A stretch of 54,459 bases of DNA, the filler included, from Basidiobolus ranarum (Eukaryota): NCBI GenBank assembly GCA_040143965.1. It is 3 parts of 3 records of this genome, joined end to end, with 100 filler letters (N's around TTAATTAATTAA, not from the genome) between each part and the next. Parts side by side here need not be neighbours in the genome. Positions count along the whole stretch, not along the records: positions 1 to 18,124 come from JASJQH010007158.1; positions 18,225 to 36,340 come from JASJQH010007159.1; 1 more part is not named here. One strand, 5' to 3'. Every line of letters starts with the position of its first letter. Positions within the stretch are counted from its first letter, which is position 1. The notes below the pieces were generated by a model. That model saw only the letters and a program-made list of their open reading frames with translations. It ran no database searches and was not told the DNA's origin. Shown piece after piece: positions 12,599 to 22,816 of this stretch. Both the position numbers and the translations under genes were made by a program.

Positions 12599-13060
12599 CT
12601 ACCACAACTCTCTTCTACGTTGTCTGTTGATGGTAATTTGCTGTCTCTTATATCCCATCCTGTTCCACTTTGTTTCTTTCTCTGCGGCTAAAATAGCCTT
12701 ACGTTGAGGTGGGCAAGGAGCTATCAAGGAGATATACAAGGAGGAGCAGTCGAATTTCTCGGCCAAACGCTTACGAGTCCAGTGACTAGGGTTTTTGTTT
12801 CTAAGCTCTTGAATTTGACGTTTATCTTCCTCAGTGAGGTGATATTTTTTGGGCTGGACTGGTCTCAAAGTGGGTGGAAGATCCTCAGCCTTAGGAACAA
12901 TGGGTTGTTTAGGTACACGGCTGATAAAGATACTGCCATCGTCAAGCTTTGATTCCCAATATACAGGGGCGGTGGAAACTGAAGAGGCACACCTACGAGT
13001 GAAACCCACACCCAAATGGATACGCTTAAACTGGTGAGTGAGACTAGTGACAATGCTCAT
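12599..13060 (-). CDS. MRPL20: Mitochondrial large-subunit ribosomal protein mL58 (MRP-L20 family)
   Basis: Arg/Ser-rich presequence. Motif LPPTLRP..KKYHLTEED..IQELR..NP..WTRKRLAEKFDCS.LYIS. Ends RRRELW. Confidence 0.85.
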   Translation of the reverse strand: MSIVTSLTHQFKRIHLGVGFTRRCASSVSTAPVYWESKLDDGSIFISRVPKQPIVPKAEDLPPTLRPVQPKKYHLTEEDKRQIQELRNKNPSHWTRKRLAEKFDCSSLYISLIAPCPPQRKAILAAEKETKWNRMGYKRQQITINRQRRRELW

Positions 13061-13422
13061 GTTGTATTCTCGTAAGTATTAAACACCAAAGGTCAAGCAA
13101 GCCTTGCAAGAATATTCAGTTCTGTTAAAATGCTCAGGAATAAAAATTCAACACTGCACCAAAATTTTTCGGGACCGAAATTTTCATAGAAATCATCACT
13201 CAAATTAAGGCCCATTCTTGTGGTGGGTTTATTATAGAATATAGTCCTCTAGAATATATATTTAGACCTTGGTATTCCTATAAAATGAAGTGAAATCAAA
13301 TTGATTTTGGTAAAATGATATTTAAAGCATCTTACAACCAAAGTTCGCAAATGCATTGTATGTGTGGTTAAAAAATGTAATCATCGAATTCGATTACGCA
13401 ATCGAAGAAGTAATTTCTAATG

Positions 13423-13487
13423 ATCCCTGGTCAAGGACTACGCACAACACTATTACGTTGGCAGGGGGATATACTTGACCAAGGGAT
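13423..13487. repeat. Inverted repeat in the MRPL20/RPN1 divergent promoter
   Basis: ATCCCTGGTCAAG (13423-13435) pairs with CTTGACCAAGGGAT (13474-13487) with a single bulge. Confidence 0.6.
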
Positions 13488-13543
13488 TTTTCAGTAGAGT
13501 TGCAAGTTTAGTACACAAACGTGACATTAACCGACCCATAATC

Positions 13544-16500
13544 ATGTCCAAGGAAGCCGCTAGAGTCCCCGTACCTTCTCAAGATCCTGAACCAAAAAAG
13601 GACAAACAAAGAGAAGAAAATAATACCAATAAGGTATTCAACATCAAGAATGACAGTAAAGAGCAACCAACTGAGGAAGAGCTGGTATAGTGTTAATCAT
13701 ATTCGTAATATCTCTGCCTGGTGACCATCTTTTATTTACTCTCGTTACCCCCTTTTAAGTCTGAAGAGGATCAGCAATTAAAGAGTGATTTAGAAATGCT
13801 CATTGAGAGACTTAAGGTAAGCTTTTTCAACCTTTGTTGAGATTTGAACCCACATAGTTTTTATTTCTACTGCTCCATACGTGATGTCAAATTTATTGGA
13901 TATTTTCATTAACTCTTCTGCAAACAGGACTCGAACACTTCACTCTACAGACCTTCCTTGGAAACCCTACGTACTCTTATCAGAACAGCTACTACTTCTA
14001 TGACCTCTGTACCAAAACCATTAAAGTTCTTGAGACCTCATTACCAAGAAGTCATTGGAGTTTATGAGAGCTGGGCCGATAGCGAAGATAAGGTAGAGCT
14101 TTGTTAAGAAATATTGTCCGATATACAGTAGCTTATATACTGATTTTCATTGTTTCATCAGCGCCTTTTGGCTGATATATTGTCCCTTTTAGCTATGACA
14201 TATTCAGATGATGGACAGAGAATGTCCCTAAAGTATAGAATTCTTGGCTCATCAGACCAGCTAGAATCTTGGGGTCATGAATACATTCGGTATATAGCGC
14301 ATCTTCAATCGCCTTGCTAAAGATAACTCTTCTCATCTTTTTTAATATGTTAGTCATCTATCTGGCGAAATTGGACAAGAATACGCCAGCCGTATTGAGA
14401 ACGACGAATCTTGCGATGATCTAATGAAGTTGGCGTTTGAGGTAGTACCTTTCTTCTTGAAACACAACGCAGAAGCTGATGCTGTAGATCTTCTTCTTGA
14501 ACTTGAAGCTATTGAAAAACTACCTGAATATGTCGACCAAGATACTTATGCCAGAGTATGCTTATACATGGTTAGCTGTGTTTCGCTTTTAGCACCTCCA
14601 GACGACATCTTGTTCTTAAAAACCGCGCACACTATTTATCGTCAACAAAACAAATTACCCCAAGCCATCTCTCTAACCATTAAATTGAACGACATTGAAA
14701 TGATAAAGGATGACTTCAATTCTTGTGAAGACCCTCTTCTTAAGAAACAATTGGCTTTTATTCTAGCCCGCCAGCAAATTTCAGTCGAAACAGAGGATGA
14801 GGAATTAGCTGAATGTCTCAATAATACCCGTCTCTCCGAGCACTTCATTGCTTTAGCTAAAGAGTTAGATGTCATGGAACCAAAAACTCCCGAAGATATT
14901 TATAAAACTCATTTAGAAAATGTACGTTCTGGCTTGGGTGGAAATGTTGATTCTGCTCGTCAAAACCTTGCCTCCACTTTCGTCAACGCCTTTGTTAACG
15001 CTGGCTTTGGTACTGATAAATTAATGACTACCTCTGACGACGCTAATTCATGGATTTACAAAAACAAGGAGCACGGTATGTTGAGTGCTGCCGCTTCTCT
15101 TGGTATGATTCTATTGTGGGATGTGGATGTAGGCTTGTCTCAAATCGACAAATATCTGTATTCCAATGATGATTATATCAAGGCCGGTGCTCTTCTTGCC
15201 ATTGGTATTGTCAACTCCCGAGTTCGCAGTGAAACCGACCCTGCTTACGCTCTTCTTCAAGATTATTTGGATGACAAGAGTGCTCCTATTAAAATTGGAG
15301 CTATAGTTGGTCTTGGACTTGCTTATGCTGGTTCTAACCGTGAGGATCTATCTGAGTTGCTATCTCCTATTATTAGTGACACATCAGTATCCATGGAAAT
15401 TGCAGGACTAGCTGCCCTCTCTCTCGGTCTTATTTTCGTCGGATCTTGCGATGGTGATATTACCAGCACTATTCTTCAAACCATGATGGAGAGAGATGAT
15501 CTTCAATTAAAGGAGACTAACTCTCGCTTCATGGGCTTAGGTCTTGGTCTTTTATACCTCGCCAAACAGGAGGCTGCCGAGGCCACTCTTGAGACCTTGA
15601 AGGCCATCGAGCATCCTATTGGTAAGCAGGTGGAGGTTTTGGTAGAGGTCTGTGCCTACGCTGGCACTGGCAACGTCCTGAAGGTTCAAAAGATGCTTCA
15701 CCATTGTACTTATCACTTGGATAAAGAAAAGGGTGAGGATGACCTCCACCAGGCCTTTGCTGTTTTAGGTGTAGCATTGATTGCTATGGGTGAAGATAGT
15801 GGCGCTGAGATGTCATTAAGAACATTCAACCATTTAATGCACTATGGTGAGCCTGTTATCAGAAGGGCTGTTCCTCTAGCTCTTGGTCTTCTATGTGCAT
15901 CCAACCCTCTTATCAATATTCTTGATACTTTAAGCAAATACTCTCACGACAACGATACAGATGTCGCTATTAATGCGATTTTCGCCATGGGTCTTGTCGG
16001 TGCTGGTACTAATAACGCTAGACTTGCACAGATGCTGAGACAGCTTGCATCTTACTACCATAAAGAGCCAAACAGTCTATTCATGGTTCGTATTGCCCAA
16101 GGTTTATTGCATATGGGCAAGGGTACAATGACTATCAATCCAATCCACTCTGATCGCACATTAATGTCGCCCACAGCTGTTGCTGGTATTCTCTCTGTTC
16201 TTGTTGCCTTTACCGATGCCAAGAGTACAATTCTCAGCAAGTCTCACTATCTGCTGTACTACTTGGTGAACGCCATGTATCCTAGATTCTTGATTACTCT
16301 GGATGAAAATCTCAAGAGCTTCCCTGTCACTGTGCGTGTTGGTCAAGCGGTGGATGTAGTTGGACAAGCCGGTAGACCCAAGACCATTACCGGATTCCAA
16401 ACACACTCTACACCTGTACTACTGGCCCATTCAGAGCGTGCTGAACTCGCGACAGAGGAGTACTTGACTTTATCTCATGTACTAGAAGGCTTTGTATTGT

Positions 16501-16544
16501 TGAAGAAGAATCCGGATTATATGGACGAGGACACAGAAAAATAA
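13544..16544 (+). CDS. RPN1: 26S proteasome regulatory subunit Rpn1 (PSMD2), 5 exons
   Basis: [96 protein letters not shown]. Confidence 0.98.
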
Positions 16545-17366
16545 CTTGAACATTCTACTACACTACTCTTCACCACTACCTCATGTTGATTTCTTACCTC
16601 TTTTATTTCTCTTTACTCAGGGCAGGTTGAGCATGTACATCTTTTAGTATGTTTTGTTAATTAAAGAAGTCACGAAAACATATAATCAATAAATTGAAAT
16701 ATATTTGGTTCAACTTGATACGCATTCCATCTTGGCTAGTTTTATGGAGCATTACCTGCTGGTTTTATGGAGGATTTGATACATGCAAACGAGCCCGTTC
16801 ATCAGCCTGTCGATTTGAACAAGTTCAAGGTCCCTTGTGATAACAGTGAGGTTCGGTGGCCCTAATTCTCCGACATATAACTTCCATAGGGGTCGCAATG
16901 CACCATGACTGGATGAACTATACTTCAATTCCAACAAATCTCCTTTTCCGATCTGACACACCCAAATGTTCTAAATAAGCAAGATTCATAAATCTAGCCA
17001 GCTACAATTGGTCAAGTCTTGCATGGAAAAATGAAGTTACAAGATGCTGTGGCTTGGTAAGAACTAGAACATGAATTTGCATTTGCATTAATGTGTCATC
17101 ACATATGAAATATTATCCTAGACTTAGTAACAATCAATTAGATTAATTTTGATTAACTGGTGGTATGTCAGATTTACGTATTCATTATTAGAATCTGAAT
17201 TGAACGCCAACTAAATTTCCATTACAACCTTGGTGGTCACTTGAGATTTCGTTGAGACTTTATCTTTCCTTCGTATTTTCTAATAATAAGCAATTGACTG
17301 CTTCATCGTATTCTTTATTTTTCTTAAATCCCCACAGTTTATACTTTTTCTACTTCATAAAACACC

Positions 17367-18070
17367 ATGTCGCTTATTTACGGCCTCGTTGCTCGTGGCT
17401 CTGTAATCCTTGCTGAACACGCTAATTCTTCTGGAAATTTCACTTCTGGTAACCTTTTTTAAAGTCGAACTCTCTGGAAACAAGTATATCGACTGATGAC
17501 TTCATTCTTATTTTAGTAACCCAACATATTCTTGAAAAGATCCCACCAAACAACTCCAAGCTTACTTATGTCTACGACAGGTTCGAAATATAGTTCATCG
17601 TAACATGTTGACCTCAACTAACCAAAGAATTACGTTAGATATTTATTTCACTATGTTTGCCAAGATGGTATCGTTTACATGTGTATGGCAGATGATAGCT
17701 TTGGTAAGCAAATTCCTTTCCTTCCCCTTGCAACTTGATCTTTAGCATGTTACTTATTACTTTATTTATTAAAGGTCGTCGAGTCCCATTCGCTTTTCTA
17801 GAAGATATGAAATCTCGCTTCTTGAGTTCTTACAGTGTTGATAGGGCTAAAACTGCTCCTGCTTATGGAATGAACGAATTTTCACGCACAATAGCTAAAC
17901 AAATGGTGAGCTTCCTTAAAAGTAGAGAATATTTTAATCCGACCAAAACTGATTTTGATCTTTTCTTCAATAACAATAGGAATTCTTCTCACACAACCCT
18001 AACGCTTATAAAGTATCCCAAGTTCTACGGGAAATTGAACAACTGAAAGATGTTATGGTTCAGAATATCT
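17367..18070 (+). CDS. VAMP7: Longin R-SNARE VAMP7-like; 3' part lost in assembly gap
   Basis: Spliced MSLIYGLVARGSVILAEH...KLTYVYDRYLFHY..DGIVYMCMADDSFGRRVPFAFLEDM (longin domain), then SNARE start EIEQLKDVMVQNI. Runs into the gap at 18125. Confidence 0.9.
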
Positions 18071-18124
18071 GTAAGATAAAAATATATTTGAAAACAAGTC
18101 TGGGATATTCAATGAACTTTATTT

Positions 18125-18224
18125 NNNNNNNNNNNNNNNNNNNNNNNNNNNNNNNNNNNNNNNNNNNNTTAATTAATTAANNNNNNNNNNNNNNNNNNNN
18201 NNNNNNNNNNNNNNNNNNNNNNNN
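18125..18224. other. Assembly gap with artificial six-frame-stop spacer
   Basis: 44 N + TTAATTAATTAA (18169-18180) + 44 N. Confidence 0.97.
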
Positions 18225-18334
18225 CGCCGGAAAGGCAGGTTTTAGAGAGAAAAGAGAGGAGGCTAATAGTCAATCATTATCGATTGGGGGGTAATCAGCC
18301 GTGGGCGATCGGTCGTGGAGGGGGAAGGGCTTCC

Positions 18335-18677
18335 CTTGACGGGAAGAGAGAAAAGATAGATTTGCTCCATGGACTTGATCTTGCCATCTTTAACGAGACG
18401 ACCAAGCTTGGTAACAGGAACCCTTTAAATCATATTGATTAATATAAAGGTACATACATATTACGTCAATATAAGTGCTAATTACCATTGCTTCTCTTCG
18501 TCATTGCGGCCACCTCTGCGACCACGTCCGCCGCGACCTCTACCGCCACGACCACGTCCAAAACCACCGCGTCCTAAATTGAGGATAGGTTGGTGAAACG
18601 AGTTGGGAAGATAACAGAGAATCTACTAAACAAACATTACCACCGCGACTTTCAGTTGGTGCTGTAGTATCAGCCAT
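18335..18677 (-). CDS. RPS2: 40S ribosomal protein uS5 (S2), 5' part only
   Basis: [15 protein letters not shown] repeats...[34 protein letters not shown]. Truncated near the contig end. 5'-UTR intron 18845-18681. Confidence 0.95.
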
Positions 18678-19874
18678 TTGCTATTAACCAAAGCAAACCA
18701 ATGTTAGCAAAAACCAAGCTAATTACGACATCATTCCGTATAAAACTTCATGCAAAAAGGTCGTCAAGGTTGGTTATCCAAAAAGTGAGCCTTAATGAAT
18801 GGATGTATACGAAGATTTCTACGATTAACAGTAAAGACCACTTACACAATCTGTTGTTTAAGGAAAAGGGGTACAACCAAAGGCCGGAAAATAAAGGAAA
18901 GAGAAGCGAATTGCTAATCTCCATAACTTTTCACTAAACTTGCCACATCCAGGCTGATTCATCAAACAGAATTTTCATCCAATCATTGAAGAGCATTCTA
19001 AAAGATAGTAAAATCTTCGGCAATATTAAATTCACCTAAATTAAATAAGATCGAACGAACAATAGGGTATTTCTTTCTCAATGAATATGCCAGGACGTGG
19101 TATGGTGATGGATATAGTCACTAGATGTCGAAATTAGATAGAGTGTAGATATATTGGCTGTTGCTTTCATGATTCGTTGGCTGTCTTATGGTGATGGTAG
19201 ACTCCATGAAGCATATGACCCTCGATCATTAGATCACATTATTTACTAATAAGAATAGCGAAGTGTAGAATTCCATTGCCGGCTAAGGGTTCCATAGGAC
19301 TTATTGGCCTTGCACCACTTTAATCCACAATGCATCGTGGATTCCAGCGTCTTTGCCGGTGTGAGAGCTCTTCCATAATACTCGTGGAACAACTAGCGCA
19401 TCAAATCCAATGGCAACTAGTGCTGCTATTCAACTCGGCTGATGTGCCATGTATATAGTCCATCTCCTATCATTGTATTTTTCCACACCAATACGCTGCC
19501 CATGGTGACACAAATAATTCTTCCAATCGTGGTGCTGGATTTTGGCATCATAGGATCATTTTCCACTTTGCTACTGGGAAAATTTCTAAGATTGAGGGTA
19601 CCCAATTTGAATCCCCAGATCTGGCTAGGTTGCTATTTCAGACGATGGTGCGGGTTTCCCACGAGAGAAGCTATGAAGGTTTGAGGTTACAAGGTTTGAT
19701 AATTAAGGCAGTACCAGTAAGGGAGGGTGCTGCCGATGGGGTAACGATTATCATCCGACAAATATTCTATATAAGATGGAGTTTCCCCCCGCGAAATTTC
19801 AAACTCACTCCTGTATTATTTACGTTATCTCTTGCTTACAAGAGGCGACTCAACTCTACCGTACTCCAGCAAAA

Positions 19875-20587
19875 ATGACTCCTCCGTGCCAAAATGTTAA
19901 TGCTGACGGCATTGTTGAAATTGAAGAACTTTCGTTGAAGCCTTGTGTACCTATGGTTAGTCCTCTCTATTAGTGAAGATAGCAAAGCATAGTGTATTGA
20001 CGGCATAGGTATCTTTAGTACGGTCCAATTAATGTTACTGGACTTGTACCAGGTCAAACCAAGCTATGGTGTACATGTGGACTAAGCAAGAAGCAGCCTT
20101 GGTGCGATGGTAAGCCAACGTTTCGTATATTTTTCTAACGCCCCGATAGCCGCTTGTTCTAAAGGAAATTTATTCTAAATCTCAAGCCAGCCATAAAGGA
20201 ACCAAGTTTAAGCCATTGAAGTGGGTAGTTCCAGGGACTATAACTGATGGAAAATCCCAAGCTCGTTACAGTGTATGTAATTGTAAATACACCAAAGCAC
20301 CTCCGTAAGTCTATATTCTATCTTGACAGATTCGTTGATTTCGTTAACATCCCAATTGTTCACAGATATTGTGATGCCGCACGTAAGCCTGAAAGCACCG
20401 TACGATGATCAATATCGATTGTTAATTAACCTATTCTTGCGTATTCAATATTTTAGATACGGATCTACCCTGTAAATATTTAGGTCAGCAGGAGGAGTGT
20501 AAGGAGGATCATAGTCAAGTCGAGAAGCTTTGCGAAGCATGCGGTTATGCGCCAGTCAATCCCTACCTGGAGAATCAGAGTCCGTGA
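19875..20587 (+). CDS. Double-CDGSH iron-sulfur domain protein (CISD3/MiNT-like) with Cys-rich C-terminal extension
   Basis: Exons 19875-19955, 20019-20109, 20187-20304, 20366-20382, 20457-20587 give WCTCGLSKKQPWCDASH and VCNCKYTKAPPYCDAAH. TATATAA at 19768-19774. Not assembled in the ORF track. Confidence 0.88.
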
Positions 20588-20902
20588 TGATCACTAGATC
20601 TCCTGTGTACCATAAGAATAATAAAGCATGTACTTTTGGCATCTGTTCTCTCTTGAATTCACGTTTATACTTGGGAGAGTGTCAGTATGCATTGTTGACT
20701 AAAACAGGGTGGATTAAATCATATCCTTATTACCCAAACGTGGAGTGTGTGTTTCCTTGGGAAAGCTATTACTTAAAATATCACTAAATTTAGCGGTGAA
20801 TTTGAATATGATGATTATATCTCAAGATTGATCATTTCGAAATTCATTTATATATAGTGTAGTACTATTTTCTCATCGCCATACCTCCCTCTTTTATTTA
20901 AG

Positions 20903-22038
20903 ATGTCTTCCCCAGAGAGCAACTCGGGCGACAATAAAAACAAGAACCCTACTCCTGTAATAAATAAAAAGTACGCTATAAACTTCACTCTCATTCAAAA
21001 TCTCGCGTACTTTCCGTATGTAACGAGGGATTTCTTACTAGGAATGCAAATTAACTCTTGACCTTTGAATTTTTTTAGTGTCAAACAGAACACTGGAGTT
21101 TACATCCCACGTTTTAGACGTATAGAAAAGGAAGCATGTAGCGCACCTCAAACTTCTGAGACTGTAGTAGATAAACCTAAGGAGAACACTACTACTAAAC
21201 CAGAGGAAATTCTTCAACCTAGGCGTGGACGTAACTTTGACGCAACTTCTCTTAGAGTTTATCCAGATTCTAACCCTAAAAGAACCAATCCAACAAAAAA
21301 TTACACTGAAAATAATAATAATCGCGCTTTCAACAAAAATAATCCTCAACAGACAGGGTACAACCAGAATCGGAACAACAGAGCTCAACCGAATACATAT
21401 CATAAGACGCCCTCGGAAAAACAAGCATCTACCCAACAAGAAATTGTGCCTATTAAATCGAGTCTGGAGAAAGGTTCGTCGAATCAAAAAATCGGTAAGA
21501 GAGTAGTAGTCAGATATAGCCTTGGGAAACAATTTTTACCATTCAAACTTGTATTCACCATTAGAGTATTATATCTAGAGCGAAAATCGGGTAGAGCTAA
21601 ATCGAACTCTGAACTTACTATTGAGGAGTTGACAAAGTCGGTTGAGAAATTGTCCACAGACGACGCTAGATCCAGTGAACAGTCAGAATCAGGTATCTAT
21701 AAGCTACTTCTATCTATATTGCTCTATTGATTTAACTTTACTCTTTTAAGTACCATCCACTCCAACGAGAATCCCTTCTGCCGGACGTCCTGTAACTAGT
21801 GATTTGGTAGCGCGTAGACTAGTCGGCAATATTTTGGGTATAAAGGTGTCTAAGTCTAAAGAGGCTTTGGATCTCGAGAAGAAGAAACTAGCGGAGGCAA
21901 GAGGTATTTTAAAGTTTCTTGACACGGCATGATGATTTGTGAGCTGAACATTGATATAATTTCTTAGCACAACGTTTAGCTAAAAAGAAGCAAGAAGCCA
22001 AAAGACTCGAAGAATCGGAGCGCATTTTTCTAGAGTAA
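20903..22038 (+). CDS. Disordered protein with R3HCC1/R3HCC1L-like C-terminal coiled-coil motif (5 exons)
   Basis: Spliced MSSPESN...GVYIPRFRR...Asn/Gln-rich middle...RPVTSDLVARRLVGNILGIKVSKSKEALDLEKKKLAEAR/AQRLAKKKQE. Canonical introns. TAA at 22036-22038. Confidence 0.7.
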
Positions 22039-22816
22039 CTGAGATGCCATTTGGGCTTATGATTGGACGTAATGAAGTGGTAAATTCTTACATTGTAGAC
22101 ATTGTTGATTGTTAAAGGTACACGTTATTCTGTGGTGGACACCTCAAGGTCCTTCAAAAGTCCAATGTTGATTACCACATGCACGGTGAACAAATAAAAC
22201 AAAGTGTTAGGTGTATAGAAGTTATCCTCTAGTACATAGTTTAACGGTAGAGATATCACAGCTCCGTTTAGTACCTGTTTGTGGCACGCTATCATGTTGA
22301 TTCATTTCAATGATAAAGTAAAGTTCACTTGAATTATAGAGTGGTTCTTAATACCCATCTCTTTATGAAAGCCTTTAATTTGGAAGGGCTGGAGTTTCAA
22401 CATTTCTTGAGGTGTAATTAGCTAAATGTGCAGGATAGATGTGAGCTTTGAAAGCATGATATTAATTGGTAATGCTGGCGAATCAACAGTAGAAAGCTAA
22501 GGCATTGGTGCATTCAACGAAAAATCCCATAATAATATCCGATGAAAAAGAGAATAAAAAATCATGTAGGGCATGATAAACAGCACAAAGATTAAAAGTA
22601 AGTGATAGAGACTAGAGAGACAAATCCAATTTGCGGTTCGGCACAATAAATACAGATACGGATTAAATAGGATTCCATAAACTTTGACTAGTTCGATATA
22701 TCGGTGTAATAGTAGACTTCAAACAGCTCTTTATCCGAATCAAAGCAATTTCCGTCTATTCAGAAGACAAACGAGGATTAAAAACGGACCTATGATGAAG
22801 TGGGAATAGAAACTAG

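Noticed and set aside
16752-16961. 69-aa minus-strand ORF between RPN1 and VAMP7 (similarly 7938-8186, 35849-36235, 19442-19878)
   Set aside because: No recognisable motif or splice structure. Lengths are compatible with chance.
18169-18180. TTAATTAATTAA palindrome, repeated at 36385-36396
   Set aside because: Centred in N-runs with identical layout. It is a scaffolding spacer with stops in all six frames, not biology.
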